Source of the DNA: Lingula anatina
Taxonomy: Eukaryota; Animalia; Brachiopoda
Direction of reading: 5' to 3'
NCBI GenBank assembly: GCA_051362555.1
Contig: CM120643.1
Location: 7,750,001 to 7,814,000, forward strand
DNA length: 64,000 bases
Positions within the stretch are counted from its first letter, which is position 1. Each line of letters starts with the position of its first letter. The notes under the pieces are model-generated. The model made no database searches and was not told where the DNA came from. It was given only the letters and a program-made list of their open reading frames with translations. This document shows, one piece after another, positions 52,021 to 64,000 of the stretch. A program made the translations under genes and the position numbers.

Positions 52021-55000
52021 AGGGTGAGCTAGGAGTTGAAAACCTAAGTTTCAAGTCGAGCTGAAGAAAAGAAAGTCAAGAATAAACATGTGACATTTTG
52101 CACATCATCTATTACAACCTTTATGTACGTTTATTATAACAAATACAAACAACTGCACCATACAGATGTATACAAAATCCTAACATTACGTTTTGGCTCT
52201 ACATAAAAAGTAATTTTCATAACGACTGCGGAATTTGAGATATAAATCAATCTTAAATACAACTATCTACAACTAAATGTGTGGGAGATTCTATGCATTT
52301 TGAAAAGTGTCGCTCAAGATCAATCGTTTTGGTTTTAATAAAGAACATGAAATCTCCCTTTTTTTATATTTTTGCCCAAAGTTAAAAAAGAAAGTTGTAG
52401 ATTCGCAGGGAAGTATTTTACAGCAATCGTTCAAAGTTGACATTGGAGTATTTGTCTTATGAGTGAGCCAAAATTTCACCAAGGGACATTTTTATCCAAA
52501 ATTCAAGGGTGGTGGCAGTATGGAAAATTCAAAATGCATATGATCTCATGTAAGCGTTCCCCCCGCACGCGGGTACACACTCATGACCCCACAACTAACT
52601 GTATGTCACCATGCTGATGATCGCACACAACACCAAACAGCAGTCAAACATTATTCAATTCTGTTAATTTGATGAGTGCTTTTCTTATAGATAAATGGAT
52701 ATGTACCTTATATTTTGCGTCATTTTTCTTCTCTTAAAATCTTAAAATAGGATTTAGGTGGCACAATTTTGAGTGAACACTTAAATTTATGCGTCGTGCG
52801 AATCAAGACCAGCATGAAGACATGGTCAGTTTACAACCTTATTCCAGTCATAGTCATTTTTAAGAACAATATGTACACCAAATTAGAAAAGGTTATGCAA
52901 AAACAAGTTTACTTGAAATAATTAAGCACATTTACTCAGAAAATGCTAATAAACTCGACGGTCTCTGGTTTTCAGTGATCAAGAAACACTCAACAAAAAT
53001 AACCCAACAGCACGTGCAGGACTGGCACCTAATCAGGCCTTTTGTTCTCAATCACTCCTTGATCCCGATCGAAATATAGAATTAAGAAAGTACCAAGTAC
53101 AAGATCAACATTAAGTCAAACACTGACCTTCCAATTTTGTGGAAATCTTTTACTCTAACCAATCAAAGTGTCATTTTTGAAATAAATTTTTTGTTTTTTC
53201 ATGTTTGATTAGAAAAAAAAAATTTAGGCGATTAACTGACCAAGCTTTTTTAATTACTAGGAAATACCCATTTCCCCCAAATCAGAACTTTGCGACAACT
53301 TTAGTTTCGGATTTTTCAAAATTTCAACTTGTAAAAGATTCGATAAATGCCAGTTCTACATGTACATTTTAATTGACGCAAAAGGAAACACTTTCTGCTA
53401 ATCACAGTTTCTCTTTGTGAGTATTTCCGCTGTGTAATGAAGGTATAAAGTTAATTTCCCTTCTTTAATAAAAAAACTTATTAATTGCGAAAAAAACTAA
53501 CCCAACCCCTGACTTGATTTACTGAAAACGAACATTTCTACCCCCTCCCAGCAATAAAACTATGGGTCTGTCACTGAACAGACATACTACTAGTATATCA
53601 AAATACCGGGAACCCAAGGAAGTTTATTCTTACCATGCGTCATAACTGCATATTCATAATTTTAGAAAGTTCCGTTTTAAAACGTGTGGGCAATTCTGCA
53701 ATAACTTAAAAGTGTAATAATTTGGATTACAGCGTTTACAGTTTATTGTGAATTTACGTTTCGCTCATTTCATCCAGTTAACCCACAATAAAAGATTCCT
53801 GAATGCATTTTACGTATTTTTCTTTTCTAAATCTAACTTCATAAAAATTCAATATTTGTATTCAATTTTATATAAATAATCATGCATTTTCAAGTGCATA
53901 ACAAAGCGTCTTATTACATATTTGCCCACACATAATTTTACAATCAAACATTGAACAGGTCGTACTATACTAGCACTGTGTTCTGCCTGGGCTTTACTTA
54001 ATGATAATTTTACAATTAATTTCATTTTCATAGATCACTTGAGCAAGGCACTTTTTTTAAACTCAAAGGTATCGTTTCAGATTCGAAAACTGGTCGGTAT
54101 AAACAAAAATTTAAATTACAATAAAAACATGGTGCGCGGATAGAGTGCTGTGCTACAATTCATTTACACATGTATAATAATAAATCAGCGACGTGCAGGG
54201 TTGACGCTTGGATTTAGTCCATTTTATCGGAAGTTTCATGAATAAACCACTCGTTACAAGCTGCACTTCATTTGATACACGTTTTGATGCAGAATATTAC
54301 AACCCAAAGCACACATTTCACACCAAATCAAATGTCAACCCTACAAGTTGACTTTACGACAAACTTCGGCACACAAGACAACGTTGACATGGGTGCGGGC
54401 GCTGGCGAACACGAATCTGATGTCTTTTCTGGGAGTGCGTCCAATCTCATCGTAGACGGTTGTTACGAGGCACTGAAATTAACTGAAAAATGAAATAAAT
54501 TAAACTAAATTCATAATAATATCTAAGGAATTGACAAAGTGAAATACATAATATTAATAATAATCTTGATTGGTTTTTTCTTTCTTAGTTATACATTATT
54601 CTGCGTATTTTGTGGGTAGAGTGATATCAATTCAGGATTTCATTGTTACATGTGCTTATTATAACTTCTTCAGAATAATTTTACCAATTACTTCATACCA
54701 ATGCATCCATACTTAAATAAATTCGTAAATGCTGGCACTTTAGCTCAACTTTTTAAAATCAAATACTTTATGAAAACATTTTATTTCAGATTATAATATC
54801 AAGGACGGTATGTAATTGAAATCATGAAAATTGAAGTCAAGGGAAGTCGACAGTGCCTAGCAAATATACGTTTGCTTTACTGGTCGGGGTTAGTTCTCTT
54901 GAAAACCACTTGTTTATTGTCAGTTAACTGGATATATGTGGATATATAAACAGGATATATGTGTACAAGCCGCTGTCATAGAAAAAGGCACCCATTGGGA

Positions 55001-56529
55001 GCTGAGAATGTACCGGTAGTTTCCTGCTTTGTCGTCTTGCTTTGTTTAAGACGGAAAACGCGTTTAGACCTTTGGACGGCTGGAATAATCTTCTCACTTT
55101 TTTATGAGCAAATACTTTCCTTCTGGAAAAAGCAATATAAAAAGTTATTATACTTTCCAAGCTCATTTCAGCATTCATGTCAATGAAATATATCCAAGAG
55201 CCATTACGTCTGAAGTGGGAAATGCATACTTTTGGATAAAATATCGTCAACATAAACCGACCAGTGTTGCCTTATATCATCTATACAGTACTTACAACAA
55301 ACTACATCAGTTCTCAGTGCCAAAGTTTCAGTCTACGTGTGGACATTGTGGCAATGTGGCACGTGAAGCTTCTTCCTCTTCCTCCTGACCTTGGTCCTAT
55401 CTGAATACCTCTCACCAAAATGCTCACCTGGTTTACATAATAATAGCACTGACTGTGGGATTGCGTTAGAGAAGACACGATGCGTTTTACCTGGTCTAAA
55501 ACGTTATCATCAGGTTATTGTACAAACAAACCATCTTGTTTTGTCCATAGACCATCCCAAATGAATGAGGTTATTATTATTAACCCATAACAATTAAAAC
55601 ATGCTGTCGCCTATTGCTCTAGCACCGTAAATATTTTTAAATATTTTTAAAAAACTAGAGTTTTGGCGACTAAGGTTTGTACACATATATCTTGAAGCTG
55701 TGCATTGATTGACTGACTGGTGTCTCGGTCCTAGGATATAAGTCACGTAGCAAAGACGTGCTTGTTTGGCCGAATTTCATTGAGACACCAGTGAAGATGA
55801 ATAGTTGTGTATCAACCTGTATCAATGTGAAGTTTATATGCGCGAACGTGAAAACGACTAAGGATTTTTCATTTTTCGTCATCCATTACAACATCCAGAT
55901 ATTTTACTTTTTGAATACATTTTAATGAATCATGGGTTCTTAATTAAGACGTTTCCTCAAGTTCACCATGCCAGTTATGTTTAAAGCCGCTACTAATCAG
56001 TACAAGTACATTATAAACAAGAGAAGAGTCAATCTGATTACACGTGCCTGGAAAGTGCTGACTTTTACGTGATTTCGGTTTAACTAGAAATCTCCAACTC
56101 CCTTTTCAAATTTGAGCTTCATGATTTCAGGTTACATTTGCTTTGAATTGAAAGCAATTTCCAATATAAAATTCATCTAAATGTATATTGATACGCATTT
56201 TTAAGAAAATAACTTTCATTTAATTTCTTACGCCAAAATTTCGTTTATTGAATTTTTACCTTTCTTTATATGGAGAAGTTCTTCCAGTTTCTCCCCCAAT
56301 TTTGTGGTTTGATATTTTGAAATGGATACCAAAAGGTTGTTAACAGAAGCTTTCCAACAGAGACTTGTCGGAAAGGTTTTTTTTAAATTTTTTTTAAAGA
56401 TACAGTCCCGCCAGAAAGTCCCCTTACCAAAAGGCTGCATGGTCTCCTAACCGTGCCCAGTATGGACGAACAATAGAGGCCGCATGATAATTACAGGGTG
56501 GTGGAATCAGCAAGTAATCCTTATAGGAC

Positions 56530-58205
56530 ACCCAAATAACGTGAAGGTATTGTTTTCTGATTTCATTGTTTATTCTCTGTTGTCGTGACTCTGTGGTTGC
56601 GTGCGACGTTGTATATGTGCGCAAGCTTGTTTTTACGTCGCTTATTCTTCTTTGTTACGCTAAAATGATACATACGTTACCGATACATACGTTACCATGA
56701 AGCGTGTAAATATTTATTCTATTTTCATTGGTTTTCTTTCGCTTTGTGGGCCAACACTTATGTCTTTTATTTGTGTTTCATTAAAATAGTGTTGGCGCAC
56801 AAAAGGAGAGACAACCAGTGAAAATAGAATAAAAAATATTTACACGCTTTATGGTAACGTATGTATCATTTTAACGTAACAAAGAAGAATGAGCGACGTA
56901 ATAACATGCGTGCGCACATATACAACGTCGCACGCAACCACAGAGTCGCGACAACAGAGAATAAACAATGAAATCAGAAAACAATACCTTCACATTATTT
57001 GGTAACGTATGTATCGGTGACGTATGTATCATACATGTATGAAGAATTTCAACAAACGGTTTCAAGACAAGTAATCTTTACTCTCCCTGCTTTTCCTTCT
57101 TATTGTAGTGTTGTATACCGTAAGAATAAGGCGTTTGCTCACAAAACGGACAACAAACAATAAAAAATAAAGGTATTTACACGCCACATGGTTAACTATT
57201 TTCATTGGTTGTCTTTCGTTTTGTACGCCAACACTTACGTCTTGATGTTACATTAAAATGAAAGAAAACGAGACAAATAAGATTTCTTGCCTTCTACTAT
57301 CTGTGAAAATTGTTCATATGATACATACGTTACCGATATATACATGGCCAAATAATATGAAGGTGTTGTTTTCTGATTCCATTGATTGTTTTCTGTTGTC
57401 ACGGCTTTGTTAGTGCGTGCGACTTTGTACATGTATACGTGCGCACGTTTGTACGTCGTTCATTCTGTTTGTTACGTCAATATGATACATACGCTACCGA
57501 TACATACGTTACCATGAAGCGTGTAAATATTTATTTATTCTATTTTCATTGGTTTTCTTTCGTTTTGTGGGCCAACACTTATGTCTTAATGCTACAATAA
57601 AATGAAAGAAAACGAGACAAATAAGATTCCTTGCCTTCAACTATCTGTGAAAATTGTCCATTTGATTCATACGTTATCGATATGTACGTGACCAAATGAT
57701 ATGAAGGTGTTGTTTTCTGATTCCATTGATTGTTTTCTGTTGTCACGACTCTGTGAGTGAGGGTGACTTTGTATATGTGCGCTTTTCGTTTTACGGCCCT
57801 CATTCTGATTTTTTACGTTAATATGATACATATACGTTACCAAATGACGTGAAGGTATTGTTTTCTGATTTCATTGTTTGTTCTCTGTTGTCGTGATTCT
57901 GTGGTTGCGTGCGACGTTGTATATTCTTCTTTGTTACGTTAAAATGATACATACGTTACCGATACACACGTTACCATGAAGCGTGTAAATATTTATTTTA
58001 TTTTCATTGATTTTCTTTCGCTTTGTGGGCCAAAACTTATCTCTTTTATTTGTGTTGCAATTAAATAGTGTTGGCGCAGAAAAGGAAAGACAACCAATGA
58101 AAATATAATAAAAAATATTTACACGCTTTATGGTAACGTATGTATCATTTTAACGTAACAAAGAAGAATGAGCGACGTAATAACATGCGTGCGCACATAT
58201 ACTAC
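56530..58205. repeat. Complex foldback array of direct and inverted ~230-330 bp modules
   Basis: 56535-56757 is mirrored by 56789-57000, and 57915-58035 by 58068-58175. Direct copies lie at ~57350-57600 and 57690-57840. Confidence 0.85.
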
Positions 58206-58473
58206 GTCACTGACTTGATATCTGTAAGATTCTGTGCAGGGAGAAATGGGAGACATGGCCTAGTTTTTTACCTCTCAAAAAGTTTGCAATATACTTTGTC
58301 TTTCAGTGGTCCCCGATTCTTTAATATTACCAATGTTATCACTTTGAACCGCATAAAACACTTTTTGGAAGTAAAAGAATCATATTAGAAACTATCACTA
58401 CACTTTCTTTTTATCATTTTATTTTTATTCATCTTAGTATTGCCACTGACATATCTACTAGTGCCTTAATTTA

Positions 58474-58700
58474 GGACTCATTCCCAATGACACTATTGAT
58501 CTATGTAAATCGATCCAACTCCACAGGGACTCTTGCTGAATGCAATTGGATTGGCTCGCCTCCTTTTGTTTATAACATGCTTGTTTTCCATTTTCTACTC
58601 AAAGCTAGGGGGTGGTATGCTAATCTCTTAATCTGATTACATTCAGCAAGAGTCCCCCTGAATTGATCTACCTAGACAGATAAAGCACTGAATGCACTCT
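58474..58700. mobile_element. Degenerate family A-related MITE
   Basis: TTA followed by GGACTCATTCCCA..ATCGATCCAACTCC, ending GAATGCACTC then TTA; internal inverted GGGACTCTTGCTGAAT / ATTCAGCAAGAGTCCC. Confidence 0.5.
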
Positions 58701-59262
58701 TATTTTTATTGGGACTGAGTTCTTATACCTAAATATTCTTACACAGTCATATAAATATTTATAATTAAAAGTTGGTTGGTACATTTATAATGTAGAAATG
58801 ATAATTCTCAGAAAAACCAAAGGTCAAATACATTTTCAAGAAGTACATTTAAATTGAAAGTTATGTATAAAGTTTATGAAATTATATAATTACCTAATAT
58901 AAGTATGATAAATAGTGACAAAAACTGCATTGTAGACTTTCAATTTAATTTTCAAAGACATAAAAACAGTATTCATAAACATTTGCACAGTACTTTTTAC
59001 TTACATTTTTGCATTAAAAATTCCCCATGTAAATTTATATGTACTTTGTAATATTTCATAAGGAAACAAAAGTCTGAAATTCACAGCAATGTTGCCACTT
59101 TAAAAATGTTCTCTCTCTGATCACTGTATATCATGTCCACAGTGTGTTCAGGTATTTCCATATGAGACTACAGACACATATACAACTATGATCCCCACTG
59201 CACTGATGAATACAATAGTCACATCATATTACCTGGTTGGAGTTATGTGTGTAAATGAAATA

Positions 59263-61140
59263 CGGTAATATGCCAAACAATTCGACCAAGATTAATTAAT
59301 TAATTTCATGGAAATGTCAGTTTGGTCGAATTGATTAAAATACAGTAAATGGAAACCTTTGATATCGTCGGATTGTTAGGGGCATCTGCCAAAACGTCCA
59401 TCTTTCCGGAAGTATTGCATTTTACCGGAAGTGTTACACAAGATAAGCCGCAATTTTCACCTAACACGTGTTTCAGGCTTGTTTTATCCTCCTTTTAAAA
59501 TCTTATTTTGCTGTGTACAATATGTGCTAACATTACTTTACATTAACAAAGACGACAGTTATAATTTCTAATTATATATTTCCCTCACCTACGATCATTT
59601 TCGTTATGCGCTTCACGAGTGGGACGAGTATTTCCCCAGAGACAGGTGTTGTAAACAAAGGCCGGTCACTTATATTTGAAACCGGTAGCTTTAGTAGACT
59701 TAAATTAGTTATGTGATCTACGTACGCCCTATTTGAATTTTAATATGACAACTGAAATCAACCGAATTGAAATTTTTTACCAGTCTGAGATCAGTTGTTT
59801 TCAACCCGCAAGGCTTGCTCAGCGTCGAGGCGTAGACGTACTTCCGAAGAAAATTCAATCACCCGTATCAAAGAATACCAACTGGTACTCAAAAGGAATT
59901 CAGTGTAACTTCAAATTACTTATAAGTATTTTATTTAAAAAGCATGTCATATTAAAACATATTGAGAAAAGGCAAAATACGGAGCCTACCTGTGCCGATA
60001 GACATACAGTAGGCCTATCTTGCTGGCACTCTTCCGATTTTCTTACTTATATACTCTCGCTGTGCACAAACCACGGTGCATATTGACAACCCCACTGATA
60101 CAACCCGAACGTAAAATAAGCATTTAATTGCCATAATTTTCACAAAACAAGTGCATTTATAATTTGACGCGAGAATTGAGCACATGCAGAAATGAGACTA
60201 GTCTTATCTGGTCTGGTCCAGCATAGCGCAAACCACATGTTAATGAAGACGGTCCCATTTTGGGGGAGGGGGGTCACAGGAATGGAGTTCTTCGTGGATT
60301 ACGCTAAATATCATCAACATTTCATGCATCTGGGGAAATAAAAAGTGACTCACAGGTAACGTAAATATCCAGTGGAACTCTCTATGAGGCTCTCATGGAG
60401 TTAAGGAAGACGTCATTTTTATTGTTGACAAATCAGTTATCCATGTAGGTGAACAGCTACACGTGTTCGTCAGATTTTGACAGCGCGTGGTATTTGGCGC
60501 CAAGAAGTCTGGGCGGTCGATCCCGCTGATCTTTCAGTCGATTGTAGTAAATGTAAGATCTTGCTGTGTTGACTTCAAGAACGTTTCCCCATCTGCATAT
60601 ATATTTCAATCAAACTTGAAAATAAATTGCTTATTCTTCCCTAACTTTTTATTGCTAGCAAACGCTATATATGGTCTATGAAGGTGTTTACGACGTATTC
60701 TACCCACTGTCGATATTTGGTTTCATCCAGAATGGACCTTTTTCCCAGTTACGGGCGTGATGAATCAGTCAGCGAGGGCAAGTCTGCTTAATTAGCACAA
60801 ATTGTATGTCTATAACACTATTTTGTCATCAGGGACAAAGGAAATGACAGGTACGTCATGCTTCCAGATTAGATCTTCAGTTAATAGTTTCTTCCTCATT
60901 GACGAGAGCTATTGAAAGGACAACAATTGACAAAGGGCCCGGCATGCAGCATCTATATGACTGGCTTGAAAATTTACCAAGTCTTGCCGACGATGTGGTC
61001 GAACAATCGGAACAAGAAAAAAATTCTGTCGCATGATTTTGACGTATGGACTAAATGTTTGAGCCCAGAAAAATTAATTTTATAATATAATTTTTTTGGT
61101 CGGATTGACTGGGCCCGTCGAAATGCTTGGCACATTACCG
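59263..61140. mobile_element. ~1.9 kb TIR element with TA target duplication (Tc1/mariner-pogo-like, non-autonomous)
   Basis: TA-CGGTAATATGCCAAACAATTCGAC ... GTCGAAATGCTTGGCACATTACCG-TA (21/24 match). Confidence 0.75.
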
Positions 61141-61243
61141 TATCTTCAATATGGCAGTAAGTGTAAATGAAACTCTCAAGTGGTGAAAAGCTTTAAAATT
61201 TTTATTGATCAAGTATCCTTCATCAGTTTTGTATAGATATAAG

Positions 61244-61358
61244 CAGGCCCGTAGCCAGCAATTTCAAATGGGAGGTTCGTTTTCTGAAAATGTGGACCTT
61301 TTCCCAGCAAAAAGGGCGGATCTTTTGAACCCCCCCAAACCCCCTGGCTACGGGCCTG
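61244..61358. mobile_element. 115 bp MITE with 15 bp perfect TIRs and 5 bp TSD (hAT5-like)
   Basis: ATAAG-CAGGCCCGTAGCCAG...CTGGCTACGGGCCTG-ATAAG. Confidence 0.85.
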
Positions 61359-62436
61359 ATAAGCATGTTTTACCCCCTACCCATTTCTGTATGATATTAT
61401 TTGTTACTGAGCACATTCAGAACAGCGGACTAACAGATCCTTGGATCAAATATGCATAATCCCAGTGAAGAATCTGTTAGTCTGAATGTGCTCAAGGAGG
61501 CATGAGAGAGAAAAATATAACAACAGTTATAGGAGTCTGAAATTTTCTTAGTATTTAATTTGTCTTTCTCACCTCGCTTTATCTATGCCTCTCTACAACT
61601 TCAACCCAGTTTCTCTTAAATAAAATTCTGCACTAATGAGCTTAATTAAATAAATAAACATTCTTTGATTACAAACAGCTCCAAAATTACTAGGTGGGAA
61701 TTTACTAGGTACCAGTACTTTTATAACAGGCATTAACAAGGTGTTGATTCAGTCATCATTCTGACTTGCTTTACCCAGTATTAGTTTATTAGTACTACTT
61801 TAGGCAAGTCAACTCAATACATAACTTGGATATTTAAGATAAGAAAAAAAATTCTTTTCATTCAACTTTATTTTAAAAAATGTACATAAAATTACAAAGT
61901 AAGTAACAAAAGTAATAATAAGTACTCATCTTTTATTAAGACTTCAATGACATCACAACAAGACTGTACATATTAATATAAAAGCTTCAATATATTTATT
62001 GCCAAAATTTGCTAAATTCTTTATTTTAAAGAAATAATAATGAAATGATTTTCTCCATATTACTTATACAAAATTGCTGCAGACATCTTTTATACTTAAT
62101 TATCCTTGGGCAAACCATAAGATGAGCACTAACATAAGACAAGACAGCAAAGCTGACAAAATATACAGACATAAAACATGTTGCAACAAGAGTTTAATAG
62201 ATTTTTTCTGTGACAGCACCAAATATATACAAATATGGGCCAAGGCCTATAGGTTTGCAAATTCACCAGTTTTACCATTAGTTATATAATAGTTTCTTTC
62301 AATACTTATAAAACTGTACATGTGTATTTGTAAAAATAATCAAATCCTGCTCATTTTTAATTAAAGCAGTCTTTTTACTAAACAAAGCTACTCTGCATAT
62401 TTGATGTCAAACAAAAATATGGTTTGGTATCTATGC

Positions 62437-64000
62437 TAGGCTCACGCTAGACGCTCGCAAAGTTCGCTATAGCGAATTGCATTTCAGAAATGCGAAAACA
62501 AAATGTTACACGTTCGCAAATTTTGCGAAACTGTTAATACAATAAAATGTTAATCACCTTTCAGTGCGTTTGCTTTGGTTTTGCATTAAAAAATACAAGT
62601 CACCACGCTAACATCGTTGTTTACATCGTTGCCTATGTCCAAGTGAAAGTGAATATATAGATGCCTCCGTTTCGTGCAGATACTAATTGAAAACGAGGCA
62701 ACAATTTAGAGACGGTGCACCGAGTCGTGTGATGTACATTCTAGCCTTATAAGTGTGAAAATAAAATTAAAACGATTAAGAAAATAATAAACAAATAAAT
62801 GTAAATGTATAATAATCATTCCACATCCATATGATTAACGGGGTTAGGCAACCAAAGTTTCAGTGCGGGATAGCCCGCACTAGCAGTCAGCACATGGCGC
62901 TCAAAATGTGATCCGCGGAGAACGATGTGGCAATGCTTTCAAAGATTTTTGAAAAGGTAAGGTGATTTTTTATCTGACATGTAAACAAAATTGTATTACA
63001 TACAAAATTTAAGCTTTGGAATGTAAAATAAAAAGTGAGTGAATAACTTTTCGTAGTTGGAGCTCATTTTGCTGTAAGTTAGTAACTTTCAACAGTGAAA
63101 GGTTTTTAATGGTCCACGTATTCTGTCTTCGGGTGACTAATTGTCGTATAATCTTGTATTAATGAGAATTTTGGTAAATTTATTTTTCTTTAACAGTTTG
63201 TTGTACCCAGCAAAGAAAAAAGAATACCTTTCTTCTAAAAATGCTTACACGACCACGTGACGATCGATGCGTTGCGCACCAAGCAATGTTTATCGACATA
63301 AATGCGTTCTTGATTTATTTTTGTGCGGGGAAGATAATGATTAAATCAATGAAATATTATAATGATTGGAAAGTTAATAAAGCCATGTGTACAATTTTGT
63401 ACGATTAATATTCATTCTGCAGTTTCAGTTGCCGTTATATTTGTGATCGTGATGAATTTGAAGATTGACCATTTTTCAAGTAGTACATTTTTCAAGGGCA
63501 GGCAAAGAAAAGGATTGCTTCTTCTAATAAGCAGTCCAGAATAGAATCGTTTTTCACCACAGCTACTAGAATACCTCCAACAGAGCAGCCTTTTCAATAC
63601 TATGAACCAGTAGGTGGGCCACTTCTAGACTTACCTGATGACCTTGTGACAATTACCAACATGGAGTCTACTAGTAGTTGCACATTAGAAATTGAAATCA
63701 TTTTTGTGTAATGTCAACATTAATGCTATAGATGAATTACAGTGCCTTATTATCCTCCAACTCAATGGGATTATTCATATCATGTTAATACAGCTAGATT
63801 TAAAGTTTGAATGCAGCTGTATTGGAATATTTTTGTTGTTATCCTTTTATTTATTAGTATATTTACTTTTCAAACACTGTCATCTTCAAGATGTGACATT
63901 TAACTCCCATCACCCTGAAGCTCTGTACATTTTCTGTATTTTTTTTTCAGATTACTTGCAATGTGTTGAAATGAAATAGTGCAAAATGTTTTTAAATTGT
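62437..64000 (+). mobile_element. Probable 5' part of a hAT-like element, running off the window
   Basis: TAGGCTC start with repeated subterminal TTCGC/GCGAA motifs, a CpG-rich promoter-like stretch, a donor at 62957, and an exon-like segment from 63497 reading QAKKRIASSNKQSRIESFF. Confidence 0.4.

Noticed and set aside
54272-55400. Short ORFs and isolated splice-like sites
   Set aside because: I could not assemble an in-phase exon chain or recognise a domain.

Overview
AT-rich animal (invertebrate-like) genomic DNA with spliceosomal introns and many repeats; it is not prokaryotic and has no CRISPR, rRNA or intact tRNA. I assembled four intron-containing gene models by hand from GT-AG sites and phase continuity. 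(1) A plus-strand micro-exon gene (5233-10390) built from tandemly duplicated 46-66 bp phase-1 exons, partly disabled. (2) An open 4-exon PIF/Harbinger (HARBI1-type) transposase on the minus strand (13328-10680), tail-to-tail with gene 1 and with a ~1.24 kb long-inverted-repeat element just upstream. (3) An open 11-exon, ~580 aa 'miniature polycystin-1-like' gene (25598-19118): signal peptide, TM1, PLAT and TM2-5, with no REJ/GAIN ectodomain and no channel domain. This is the most unusual item. (4) A FASTK-family (FASTKD5-like, RAP domain) gene (43026/42942 to 40142, or to 34510 with an optional last exon). The rest is mostly transposon material: Harbinger-type and hAT-type MITEs, hAT transposase fossils, L2 and Rex1/Babar LINE 3' ends, Helentron-like HINEs, foldback structures and minisatellites. 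All family assignments come from motif recognition by eye and were not database-checked.
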